A stretch of DNA of 64,000 bases from Candidatus Promineifilaceae bacterium (GTDB lineage Bacteria; Chloroflexota; Anaerolineae; Promineifilales; Promineifilaceae): positions 2,064,876 through 2,128,875 of the forward strand of contig OZ244996.1 of assembly GCA_965223395.1 (NCBI GenBank). Direction: 5' to 3'. The notes beneath the pieces are model-generated. The model was not told the origin of the DNA. It did no database searches and saw only the letters and a list, made by a program, of their open reading frames with translations. Shown piece by piece: positions 33,757 to 43,002 of this stretch. Every line of letters starts with the position of its first letter. The first letter of the stretch is position 1. Made by a program: the position numbers and the translations under genes.

Positions 33757-34692
33757 TTAAGCCAAAGGCAACAACGCCTCAGCGCAGGCGAACGCGAATT
33801 CCCAACCAGCCCCTTCATCTTCATACGACCACCACCCAGATAAGACAGCGATTGCCGTTCCCCAAGCCGCGATCCGTTTGGGATCAAACGGCAGCGATTC
33901 CGCTAAAATTGTCACCCGCCGCGCCATCAATGCATTCAGGTCGGCGTGATCCGCCAGGCGTTCCCTGGGATTGTGTAGCAATGCCCCCACATCGTAAGCC
34001 GCTTCGCCCGCTACTCCTTTGGGGTCGATCGCTTTCCAGCCATCGCCAGCCCGCAATATGTTAAAATGGTGGAAGTCGCCATGTAACAGAAAGTGGTCCC
34101 CTTCAGCGGCAAACAGCTCTGCAAACATGCTTTCTGCCGCTTCGACCAAATGTCGGGGGAAGGGACCGACATCGCCATCAAATGTTTGCCTCAACCTGGT
34201 TAATCCATCTGCCCAGCGGCAAACGGGTTTAAAAGGATGGGTTGCCGGCAATACCCGCCACAAATTTCGCATCGTTTGGGCAGCGATTCGGATCTCTTCA
34301 TCGTCATCTTGTAGTGACGTAAGCATATCGCCCGGCTGCAATTGCTCCAGTAGCATCGCCCCTCTCTCCACATCTGACGCCAGCAAACGGCACATACCCC
34401 ATCCATCATACAGTTGCAGGGCGGCAATTTCTCGCTCCAACTCTGGGCGCGGAACGCCTATCTTGAGGACTGCCGGCATTCCCCCGCGCATGGTTACAGG
34501 AGCGGCGTAATTATACGACAGTTGGTAGGGAGGATGCAGAGTCAACCCCCATTGTTGGGCGAAAAAATCGAGCGTTGCCGGCAACTCTGCCAACCAAGTT
34601 TCGCCGCCTTCAAAAGTTAACCGGACGCGCTCAACGAAGGATGCCGGCAAATCCAAACCAATTTTCATAATCCAATTATCATCTTGTGGCAA
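33757..34692 (-). CDS. Aminoglycoside-phosphotransferase-fold (APH/choline-kinase family) kinase
   Basis: Brenner motif HGDFHHFNIL and downstream D; start uncertain (TTG 34692 or ATG 34668). Confidence 0.65.
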   Translation of the reverse strand: MPQDDNWIMKIGLDLPASFVERVRLTFEGGETWLAELPATLDFFAQQWGLTLHPPYQLSYNYAAPVTMRGGMPAVLKIGVPRPELEREIAALQLYDGWGMCRLLASDVERGAMLLEQLQPGDMLTSLQDDDEEIRIAAQTMRNLWRVLPATHPFKPVCRWADGLTRLRQTFDGDVGPFPRHLVEAAESMFAELFAAEGDHFLLHGDFHHFNILRAGDGWKAIDPKGVAGEAAYDVGALLHNPRERLADHADLNALMARRVTILAESLPFDPKRIAAWGTAIAVLSGWWSYEDEGAGWEFAFACAEALLPLA

Positions 34693-34777
34693 AAAAACGG
34701 CAAATTAGGGACAATTCGCTCTGTTCATATTTTACAAATCGCTCCCGCCTGTCAGTTGATTTCGCAAGGAAAGCCTC

Positions 34778-36367
34778 ATGCCCAAATCAATCCAATTTTC
34801 AAATGTAGACGCCGCCTGGCTGCAAATGGAAGACCCCACCAATTTGATGATGATCACCGGGGTTTTATTTCTCGATCGCCCAGTAGATTTGGCTCGGTTA
34901 CGAAAAACGATTGCGTATCGTTTGCTGCCCCTAGATCGATTTACCATGCGGATAACGCCAAATAGGCTGCCGATGATGCCGCCCAAATGGGAAAGCGACC
35001 CCCAATTTAATTTAGATTGGCATCTGCGCCATATCGCTTTGCCTGGCGATGGCGACGAAACGACGCTGCGTCGCACGATCAGCGATTTGATGAGTACCGG
35101 ACTCGATTTCAGCAAACCGCTGTGGCAATTTCACTTAATCGACAATGTGGCAGGGGGCAATGTGTTATTGGGGCGCATACATCACTCGATTGGAGATGGA
35201 ACGGCGCTGGTTGCGGTGATGCTCAGTTTGATGGATTTCACCCCCGACATGCCGCTGAAAGCGCCACAGCCAAAAGATGAGGGTCAAGAGAGGGAAAAGG
35301 GGTTGCTGCACGCCTTATTTGCCCCGGCTAAGATGGCGGTGGGCATGGGGAAAAAGGCGGCGGATTTGGCATGGCGAGAGGGGAGCGAGATGTTGGCTCA
35401 CCCACTCAAAGCGTATGATTTTGCCCAATCGGCGGCAAAGGGAGCGGAGACGCTGGGGCGGGTGACATTGATGCCGGCAGACCCCATGACGCCGCTGAAA
35501 GGAAAGTTGGGGGTCAAAAAGTTGCCGGCATGGTCGAATGAAATTCCGTTAGCGGATGTGAAAAAGGTAGGCAAAGTGATGGGGGCTAAGGTCAACGATG
35601 TGTTGTTGACGGCGATGACGGGCGGGTTGCGCCGTTATTTGATCGAGCGGGATGTCAATGTTGCCGGCATGAACTTTCGAGCAGCAGTGCCCGTCAATTT
35701 GCGCCCCATGGAACGCGCCCTGGAGCTAGGCAACGAGTTCAGCCTCATATTTTTGTCTCTGCCAGTTGGCATTGCCGACCCAGTGGAGCGACTTTTTACG
35801 CTGAAAAAACGGATGGACGCCATCAAAGAATCGCCCGAAGCGATGGTCAATTTTGGGCTGCTAAACGTGGTAGGAGCTGCCCCAGAGCAAGTGGCGGATC
35901 AAATCGTTAATCTGTTTGGCTCCAAAGCGACGGCAGTGATGACCAATGTGCCGGGACCGCCCATGCCGCTCTATTTGGCTGGCGCCAAAATCGACAAAAT
36001 GATTTTCTGGGTGCCGCTTTCCGGCAGATTGGGGTTAGGGGTTAGTATCCTCAGCTATGCCGGCAAGGTCACGCTGGGGGTAGCCACAGACGCTGGATTG
36101 ACGCCGGATCCAGAAAAGATAATCGACGGTTTCCATGCCGAATTTGACGCCTTGTTTGCGCTGGCGGCGCAAGTCGAGGAGGATGAAGCGAATTTGGCGG
36201 CAAGCGTGGCTAAATTGGAGTCGTTGGAGAAACAGATTGCGGAGTTAGAGCAAATGGAACCGCAATCACAACATGATTCATGCGCCGGCACAACCAAAAG
36301 CGGCAAGCCGTGTCGCAATAAACCGATAGCCGGGCAAGCGTATTGCCGGCATCATATTCCACAGTAA
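34778..36367 (+). CDS. Wax ester synthase/diacylglycerol acyltransferase (WS/DGAT) family protein with C-terminal coiled-coil + Cys/His tail
   Basis: HHSIGDGTAL (HHxxxDG active site); C-terminal CAGTTKSGKPCRNKPIAGQAYCRHH. Confidence 0.75.
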   Translation: MPKSIQFSNVDAAWLQMEDPTNLMMITGVLFLDRPVDLARLRKTIAYRLLPLDRFTMRITPNRLPMMPPKWESDPQFNLDWHLRHIALPGDGDETTLRRTISDLMSTGLDFSKPLWQFHLIDNVAGGNVLLGRIHHSIGDGTALVAVMLSLMDFTPDMPLKAPQPKDEGQEREKGLLHALFAPAKMAVGMGKKAADLAWREGSEMLAHPLKAYDFAQSAAKGAETLGRVTLMPADPMTPLKGKLGVKKLPAWSNEIPLADVKKVGKVMGAKVNDVLLTAMTGGLRRYLIERDVNVAGMNFRAAVPVNLRPMERALELGNEFSLIFLSLPVGIADPVERLFTLKKRMDAIKESPEAMVNFGLLNVVGAAPEQVADQIVNLFGSKATAVMTNVPGPPMPLYLAGAKIDKMIFWVPLSGRLGLGVSILSYAGKVTLGVATDAGLTPDPEKIIDGFHAEFDALFALAAQVEEDEANLAASVAKLESLEKQIAELEQMEPQSQHDSCAGTTKSGKPCRNKPIAGQAYCRHHIPQ

Positions 36368-36376
36368 GGAGCAGTA

Positions 36377-37252
36377 ATGAAATTTATCGATTTAACCATT
36401 CCGCTGGGCATTGGCACGCCCCCGTGGCCCACCTACGAACCGTTGCAGGTCAAATATTTCAAGCGGTTAGCCCCCAACGGGGCAAATGGGCAGGTTGTCA
36501 CGCACAGCAACCATGTTGGCACCCATCTAGACGGCGAGATTCACTTTTACACGCCGGGAAAAGATATCGCCTCGCTCGACTTTGATTTTTTGTGTGGCGA
36601 AGCGGCAATTGTAGATTTGAGCGACTGTTGTGGCGACTACGACATTTACACGCCGGAGATGATTGAAGAGCGGGTGGAAGTGCGGGAAGGGGATATTTTG
36701 ATCATCCATACCGGCTACCATCATTTTGGCTGGGATCAACCTTATGGAAATGAAGTCCGTTATATGGTGATGCACCCGGGTCCAGACGCGCGTTTTGCTC
36801 ATTGGTGTGAGGAGAAGAAGTTGAAATGGATTGGGGTAGATTGCGGCTCGGCTGACCACCCGATGAATACGAAAGTACGGGATTGGATGCCGGCACAAGC
36901 GAAACAAGCAGACGAATATTTCCAGCAAAAATATGGCAAACCGCTCACTGAAATCTTTACGCCAGATATGTACCAAATGATGCACTTGTGGATGTTCCAC
37001 AAAGGGATTATCCATGCCGAATGCGTCGGCGGCGACATCGATTTGCTGATCAATCGGCGGGTACAGGTGGGCTGTTTTCCGTGGCGTTTTGTAGATGGCG
37101 AAGCCAGCATTGCCCGCATTGTGGCAATGGTGGATGATGACGAGTATGAGCAGTTGATGGCGAAAAAAGCGGCTCTGCCGCAAACGAAATATGGCGACTG
37201 CTACGACCCAGCCCATGTGGAACGGTTGGGCGGGCGGGGCAGGACGTACTGA
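36377..37252 (+). CDS. Cyclase-family protein (kynurenine formamidase-like, PF04199)
   Basis: SNHVGTHLDGEIHFY (HxGTHxDxxxH metal motif); starts 10 nt after WS/DGAT stop. Confidence 0.7.
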   Translation: MKFIDLTIPLGIGTPPWPTYEPLQVKYFKRLAPNGANGQVVTHSNHVGTHLDGEIHFYTPGKDIASLDFDFLCGEAAIVDLSDCCGDYDIYTPEMIEERVEVREGDILIIHTGYHHFGWDQPYGNEVRYMVMHPGPDARFAHWCEEKKLKWIGVDCGSADHPMNTKVRDWMPAQAKQADEYFQQKYGKPLTEIFTPDMYQMMHLWMFHKGIIHAECVGGDIDLLINRRVQVGCFPWRFVDGEASIARIVAMVDDDEYEQLMAKKAALPQTKYGDCYDPAHVERLGGRGRTY

Positions 37253-37299
37253 GCGGGGGAATGTAGAGGCGGTAGGTTGTTCGTCAGACCATAGGCCAA

Positions 37300-37485
37300 A
37301 ATGATTTTGACACAGAGAACACGGAGGGACAGAGGGCACAGAGATTTTTTAGAGGCTCCTTTTCGGGCAGTTTTTATAGCTTTTGGCAGATACCGTGTCA
37401 AAATTTTGCCAAAGTTGCCTTCTTTTCTCATTTTCTTCTCTGTGTTCTCCGTGTCTTCTCTGTTACCTCTGTGTCCACCTGTACC
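37300..37485. repeat. Long imperfect inverted repeat (MITE-like/structured RNA) with CCATCGTC direct repeats after it
   Basis: Arm1 ttgacacagagaacacggagggacagagggcacagag (approx 37305-37343) pairs with arm2 ctctgtgttctccgtgtcttctctgttacctctgtgtc (approx 37440-37478); inner attttgacac/gtgtcaaaat pair; tccatcgtccatcgtccgccatccatcgtcc at 37511-37541. Confidence 0.5.
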
Positions 37486-37559
37486 TGTATAGTTACATGA
37501 TTTTTACACATCCATCGTCCATCGTCCGCCATCCATCGTCCCCAAAAAAGGAGAACCCA

Positions 37560-39230
37560 ATGACAGAAAACAACGCAATACAATTATTAATCCAAGCCAA
37601 ATGGCATGATTTAACGGCGGGATTATCCATTTTTACCCCCCCTTTCCCGGGTGAAAAGGCGTTGCAAGTCCACTTTTTTAAGCGGCTAACGGGGGCGTAT
37701 GGAGGCGGACAAGGGGCAAATGGGCAGTTGATCGAGTGGAGCAACAACACCGGTACGCATCTGGTGGGTCCGCGCGCCTTTCATTCGGGAGCAGAAGCGA
37801 TAGCGGATATTCCGTTGGAACGTTTATGCGGAGAGGGGGTCATCGTAGATATTTCGGATGCCGTTTCTGACTACAGTTTGTACACGCCGCAGATGATCAC
37901 TGATCGGGTGGAGGTGAAAGAGGGGGACATCCTGCTCATCAACACCGGCTACCATAAATATGGACACGATCAGCCAGACACGCCCAATCCCAACGCCCAA
38001 GGGGGCATCGAAAATAAAGAGTTTGGCTACTACGTCCGCCATCCGGGACCGTCGCCAGACTTTTTTGCGTGGGCATTAAAGATGAAGTTGAAGTTGGTTG
38101 GGGTGGATTGTGGCTGTGCCGAACATCCGATGAATACGAACATTCGGTATGCCCACGCCCGGGAGTTTGAGAAGGCGGAGACGAAGTTGCAGGCGGATGC
38201 CGGCATTTCATGGGATGAGCATTTTCCACCAGAATGGTATCATCAGTTAACCCACATCGAGATGCCCAAAGCGGGTTTGCTGTTGGCAGAAGGGTTAGGG
38301 GGGCAAATTGGCGAGTTAAGCAACCAAAGGGCTTGGGTGATGATTCAGCCGATTCCCTATATGGAAGTGGAGTCGGCATGGTGTCGGGCAGTGGCATTAA
38401 CGCCGCCTGCCGGCATGAAGCAAAGCGACTTTTTTGCCCAGATGAGCCAGATTGACATGCTGGACATGACTTTGCCATTTAGCGTACAAACGCCGCAATG
38501 GGCAAATTATGAGCCGTTGACCGTCACCTACACCAAACGGGTGGGCGGGCAATATTTTGGGTTGGGGCGCAACAACGCCCATTGCCGGGCTAGCTTCCAT
38601 TTAGCCACCCATATGGATGGAGAGAAACATTTCCATATTGCCGGCAGATCCATCGGCGAAACCCCGCTCGACTATTGGTTTGGGGCAGGCGTGGTGGCAG
38701 ATATCTCCCATCTGGTCAGCAATTCCAGCGTGTACACCCCCGAAATGATCGAAAGCGTGGTGAACGTTCAAGAAGGGGATATCCTGATCGTCAAAACGGG
38801 GTGGCACAAATATGGTTGGAACAGCCCCGACTCCGACGAGTTTCGGTACATGATCAAACATCCGGGACCGTCGCCCGACTTCGGGGATTGGTGCATCGCC
38901 AAAAAAATCAAATGGCTCGGGGTAGATTGCGTGGCAATGGAGCATCCGATGAACACCATTCAACGCATTTGGCATCCCAAAACATTTGAAGAGGCGAATC
39001 AAAAGCTGATTGAGCAATTTGGAGCTGATTGGGACGAAGTGTATCCATTGGACAAATATTATCAAGATATGCACCTCAACCTCTTCCCGAAAGGAATTGT
39101 CCATGCCGAAAATTTAGGCAAGCAAATTGCCGATGCGGAAAGCGGACGTTATTTTATCGGTTGTTTTGTGCAAAAAGGGATGGAATTGGCGTCTTGTTGG
39201 GCGCGGATGGTGGCGTTTAGGGACAATTGA
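37560..39230 (+). CDS. Tandem-domain cyclase-family protein (two PF04199-like cyclase domains fused)
   Basis: Start ATG 37560 after AAGGAGAA; domain 1 NNTGTHLVGPRAFH, domain 2 ATHMDGEKHFH; both followed by EGDIL(L/I)I motif seen in the single cyclase. Confidence 0.65.
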   Translation: MTENNAIQLLIQAKWHDLTAGLSIFTPPFPGEKALQVHFFKRLTGAYGGGQGANGQLIEWSNNTGTHLVGPRAFHSGAEAIADIPLERLCGEGVIVDISDAVSDYSLYTPQMITDRVEVKEGDILLINTGYHKYGHDQPDTPNPNAQGGIENKEFGYYVRHPGPSPDFFAWALKMKLKLVGVDCGCAEHPMNTNIRYAHAREFEKAETKLQADAGISWDEHFPPEWYHQLTHIEMPKAGLLLAEGLGGQIGELSNQRAWVMIQPIPYMEVESAWCRAVALTPPAGMKQSDFFAQMSQIDMLDMTLPFSVQTPQWANYEPLTVTYTKRVGGQYFGLGRNNAHCRASFHLATHMDGEKHFHIAGRSIGETPLDYWFGAGVVADISHLVSNSSVYTPEMIESVVNVQEGDILIVKTGWHKYGWNSPDSDEFRYMIKHPGPSPDFGDWCIAKKIKWLGVDCVAMEHPMNTIQRIWHPKTFEEANQKLIEQFGADWDEVYPLDKYYQDMHLNLFPKGIVHAENLGKQIADAESGRYFIGCFVQKGMELASCWARMVAFRDN

Positions 39231-39265
39231 GAAAGTGACAAAAATGATGAAATAAAAACAAAATA

Positions 39266-39296
39266 AAAGCTGCTCAAATTGAGCAGCTTTTTGGCT
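39266..39296 (+). terminator. Intrinsic terminator
   Basis: AAAAGCTGCTCAA-att-TTGAGCAGCTTTTTGG. Confidence 0.65.
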
Positions 39297-39509
39297 TGTC
39301 CCAGGCAGATTCCCGGCGGTTCAGTCCAATTGCATTTAAACAACTGGCTGATGAAGAAACTATCTATATCCTACAGGGACAGCGTTTATCTTCCGTTTTT
39401 TGAGCCAATAAAGTCTTTCAATATAAACTAAAACAGTGTATGCTGTACATCAATCCGCACAGATTCAGTCGCTTTGTACGGGATAAATTGTCTTTAAGGG
39501 GAGGATTCA

Positions 39510-40571
39510 ATGGAACTGTTTGCCGCATTGCCAGATAGAGCGCAAGCTGTAATTTATATTGCCATTGGATTGGCGCTTTTATATGGCGCATTGTTTATTT
39601 TGGGGCACATTTTGTTTAAGGGGGATGAGGCATGGCGGACGCTGTTTGTACTTGGCGGATTTGTGGCGGGGGGCATAGCGGCGTCGCTCTATTTGGATAA
39701 TCAACCTATATTGCCGGCAACCATCGTGGCTAAAAATGAACAGGTTTACATTAACAGAATTATATTTGGGTCTGATGTAAGTTGGGATAATCAATTTGAG
39801 CTAACGGCAAAATTTATCCCAGACGGAGAAAGCCAACCGGTAGAAGCTGTCTTATCTGCCCAGGGCGCCCAATTTGATGGGTTCGCCGTGGGCGAGGCTA
39901 TTGAGATTAAACATTGGCGGGCTGGCGGGGCGCTTGAACTGGCGCGATTGTCGAATCGCTCCACATTTTCTCTACTTCTCGGCTCCAGCATGTGGCGAGC
40001 TGTTTTATTGATCGCTTTGGGAGTCGGGCTGGCATGGGCAGCCAGCGCTATTCGCAAAGATGTAACGGCTGGATTGTTTGTAGCTGCCATCTATATCGTA
40101 TTCATATTGGGAGGGACTATCGCCTCTCAATGGTTGAAGGCGGCGCCCATTAGAGGGGCATCAAAACCAACAACTGGAACGGTAATTCAGGTGACGCACA
40201 GATCGCAAACATTTTCTGCTAGACCTCGAACTCGCATGAAACTCCTGCAACCCATTGAGTTTTGGGAAGTGGAGTTTACGCCGCCCGAAGTTGGGGACAA
40301 GGTACGAGGGGTGGATGTAATAGATGCCGGCATTTTACAGGGCGAGTACGGCGACCAAATCAATTTCGTTTACGACCCCGATAATCCCCGCCGCATTCAG
40401 TTGGTTGACGGCAGACGACTTTACGCGGTGAAAAATGGGATTTCGCCTACTGGGACTCCCCTTCTAATCTTCGCTATCGCCGCTTGGTTTTTCCGCCCTG
40501 GCAAAAAATGGCGTTCCGATAGCAAGAAAAGGGAAGGCGACAGGGAAGCAAATCAGGCTGCAAAGCGGTAA
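39510..40571 (+). CDS. Hypothetical membrane protein (two TM + beta-rich repeats)
   Basis: GGGGAGG RBS; hydrophobic helices at N-terminus, middle and C-terminus; no recognisable catalytic motif. Confidence 0.4.
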   Translation: MELFAALPDRAQAVIYIAIGLALLYGALFILGHILFKGDEAWRTLFVLGGFVAGGIAASLYLDNQPILPATIVAKNEQVYINRIIFGSDVSWDNQFELTAKFIPDGESQPVEAVLSAQGAQFDGFAVGEAIEIKHWRAGGALELARLSNRSTFSLLLGSSMWRAVLLIALGVGLAWAASAIRKDVTAGLFVAAIYIVFILGGTIASQWLKAAPIRGASKPTTGTVIQVTHRSQTFSARPRTRMKLLQPIEFWEVEFTPPEVGDKVRGVDVIDAGILQGEYGDQINFVYDPDNPRRIQLVDGRRLYAVKNGISPTGTPLLIFAIAAWFFRPGKKWRSDSKKREGDREANQAAKR

Positions 40572-42874
40572 ATTCTGTCAGGTTCAGATTCCCGAATAGC
40601 GAAAATGAGCAAGGCATCGTCTAACACAAACAGCGGGCGGGCGGCTTGCGCCAGCCATCTTTCGCCGTCGAGTTCCAAACTGATTTCGGCTGATTGGGGC
40701 ATATATCGGTTTGCCAAAATCTCCCTCAACAATGCCGGCATCTCTCTTTCTGGCTCCTTATATCGAATAAAAGATTTATCCTCCATCACCGCTTCTACAA
40801 TTTGGGCGCCTGGTTGGCTATCGTCAGGCACAGGCACATCTACCGAAGCCAACTCAAGCCCGGGGATAGATTTAGGCGTTGAAGAAGCCGATTCTAAATT
40901 GTCAACCAGCGCCTGCCATTTGGGAGTCGCTTTCGCCTTGCCATCCGTCAATTCCCATAACCCCCACATCTGATTGTCGTAGCCGCTATAAATAGAATAG
41001 GCGCAATGCAGCCCGCCGCCCAATTGCCGCCAGCCATCCATAAAACGTTGGTAAGCTGCCCCGGCAAGCCGGGATCGATTGTAGGATTGAAAGAGCGTTT
41101 TCAGCGGGGCGCTGCCGGCATTCAGATGTTGACCCCACTCATAGCTCCACAACGCAACCCCAGCCTGATCCGCCAACGCTTTATGTTGGGCGCATGCCGG
41201 CAAAACCGCCGCATCGATAAAGTCCACTATTTGCTGATGTAAATGCTGTGCATCTGCCGCCTGGCTAATGCCCTGCCCAAAATAGGGGGCGACAGCCACC
41301 GCTGCCGGACGATAGCCGCCCAACGCCTGCAACAATTGTTCGGCGATCCAGAGGTTAGCCGCCTGACCAGATATAACCACATCTCCATCATCGCCAACCA
41401 TTTCAATCAATTTTTGGGTTTGGCTGGCTTGAAAAGCGATAAATGAATAGGTTGGATTCTCGAGCCCGCCCCGTTTTACGGCGTAATGATGTTGGTCGAA
41501 CTGATTGTTCCACAGTTCATTTGAAAATTCAAAAATCGGGGGAAATTCTGCATTGTCAATGGCATAGGTGACCATCTGCCTCATCAATTTGTTTTTAGCC
41601 CGATGGGGAATGCACAGCCAGGGACGCGCCCGAAAATGGTTGGCGCACTTAATGATGATTTCTAATGGCACGCCGAGAAATTCGTCCCAAGCGCCCTCCT
41701 CATATTTCCAATTTTTCTCTGTTTCGCCGATATATCGGTGCGGCAAATCTGACCAGCGGCGGGCGGGATTGTTGTTGATTTTTTGCCAATCCATAAAACG
41801 AATGACGTCGAATTTCGCCAATTGCATCTCTTCCAACATCTGAAAATTTTTTCCATCTTCAGAAACTGCGGTTGCCGGCAATGCCTCGAAATGACCCACG
41901 TTAATGCCGGCATTCAGCTTTTTCTTTTTTTCTTTTGGCGGCTCAGTGGGTTGTTCGATCGGCGCTGGCTCTGGGATTGGCGTAACCGGGATAATGAGCT
42001 GGTAGGGGGTTTTATCTTTCAAATAGCGGGCAAGTTTGTCGCTAGCCGCCTCTATGTTAGGGTGGTGTGACATCCAATCGCCATAGGTCCAAGCGCAAAA
42101 CGCCACGATGAGATAATGCTCTGGCTTTAGACACCATTTGTCAAATCGTTCATAATCTGCCATTACTTGGTCTGTGCCGGCAAAACCTACCCCCCCATTT
42201 TGCCCCGCCTCGCCAATCACAATCGGGATATGTACTCCTTGCGACGCCAGATAGACCGCCTCTTCAAATGGGCGGGCGGTATTGTCAGTTGATGGGGAGC
42301 CGTCGGGCATCGTCAACATTTTTTCCGCATTCAACGGGACGCCGCCATAGGCATGCCGGCAATACAAATGCCCACCCTGCCGCCCCCGCTCCAAATGGGG
42401 AACCACTCGATCAACCCAGGGTTGCCAATCGGGCGAATCGCCGGCAAAACCAGTCAACGCTAGTCGGGCGCCCTTCGCTTCGAAAAACGCCATCAACCCC
42501 CGCTCATATGCCAACACATTTCGCAGCGATTTGACGCTCTCCGGCGTGTCCCCCCTGCCGCCCGTCTCATTTACTGGCTGAAAATAGACATTGTCATACC
42601 GTTCATGAACGGGTTTAAATTTTTCCCACAATTTAGCTCCCCAATAGTCGCTAGCCGACTCAAAAGCGCGTTGTTCGCTGATATGGTCGATATCGCCGGG
42701 GGCATCTTCGTGATTGTGCACCGTTTGGGTCCGCCAAATCTTAATGGTGGATGGCGGACATTCATCGAACGCCCCAGCTTCCAAGGCAACGACTGCCGCT
42801 GGCGCCGCACGCGCCACATCCCCATACCCTCGCCGACTGCCTTGATTTACATGAATGCCCAACTTGGTGAACAT
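40553..42874 (-). CDS. Two-module putative glycoside hydrolase (TIM-barrel GH-like domains) with uncharacterised C-terminal domain
   Basis: 773 aa; no signal peptide; Pro/Glu/Lys linker PIPEPAPIEQPTEPPKEKKKK between modules; FEFSNELWN resembles GH clan-A NEP acid/base motif. Confidence 0.4.
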   Translation of the reverse strand: MFTKLGIHVNQGSRRGYGDVARAAPAAVVALEAGAFDECPPSTIKIWRTQTVHNHEDAPGDIDHISEQRAFESASDYWGAKLWEKFKPVHERYDNVYFQPVNETGGRGDTPESVKSLRNVLAYERGLMAFFEAKGARLALTGFAGDSPDWQPWVDRVVPHLERGRQGGHLYCRHAYGGVPLNAEKMLTMPDGSPSTDNTARPFEEAVYLASQGVHIPIVIGEAGQNGGVGFAGTDQVMADYERFDKWCLKPEHYLIVAFCAWTYGDWMSHHPNIEAASDKLARYLKDKTPYQLIIPVTPIPEPAPIEQPTEPPKEKKKKLNAGINVGHFEALPATAVSEDGKNFQMLEEMQLAKFDVIRFMDWQKINNNPARRWSDLPHRYIGETEKNWKYEEGAWDEFLGVPLEIIIKCANHFRARPWLCIPHRAKNKLMRQMVTYAIDNAEFPPIFEFSNELWNNQFDQHHYAVKRGGLENPTYSFIAFQASQTQKLIEMVGDDGDVVISGQAANLWIAEQLLQALGGYRPAAVAVAPYFGQGISQAADAQHLHQQIVDFIDAAVLPACAQHKALADQAGVALWSYEWGQHLNAGSAPLKTLFQSYNRSRLAGAAYQRFMDGWRQLGGGLHCAYSIYSGYDNQMWGLWELTDGKAKATPKWQALVDNLESASSTPKSIPGLELASVDVPVPDDSQPGAQIVEAVMEDKSFIRYKEPEREMPALLREILANRYMPQSAEISLELDGERWLAQAARPLFVLDDALLIFAIRESEPDRIYRFAA

Positions 42875-43002
42875 AATTGCCTCCTGCGCCTATTATGCCA
42901 CACTTTTACCATTTGAGTTTGGATTGTTTTTGATTGTCGTTTACTATTAGAGAGTGACAACAACCTCCTAACCTTCGGAGGTTAGCTGAATGAGGAAAAC
43001 CG

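Noticed and set aside
37500-37545. Possible CRISPR-like array (CCATCGTC repeats)
   Set aside because: Units are only about 8 nt with irregular spacing and no spacer-sized intervals; not CRISPR.
37383-37559. Cys-rich N-terminal extension (MADTVSKFCQSCLLF...) of the tandem-cyclase ORF
   Set aside because: Arises from translating the inverted-repeat element from a TTG; a strong AAGGAGAA RBS and ATG at 37560 mark the real start.
40605-40973. 122-aa plus-strand ORF inside the GH-like gene
   Set aside because: Antisense shadow, no RBS or motif.
42930-43002. Hairpin cctcctaacc-ttcg-gaggttag just upstream of coxL-like start
   Set aside because: Overlaps the RBS region; could be translational control but too short and ambiguous to call.
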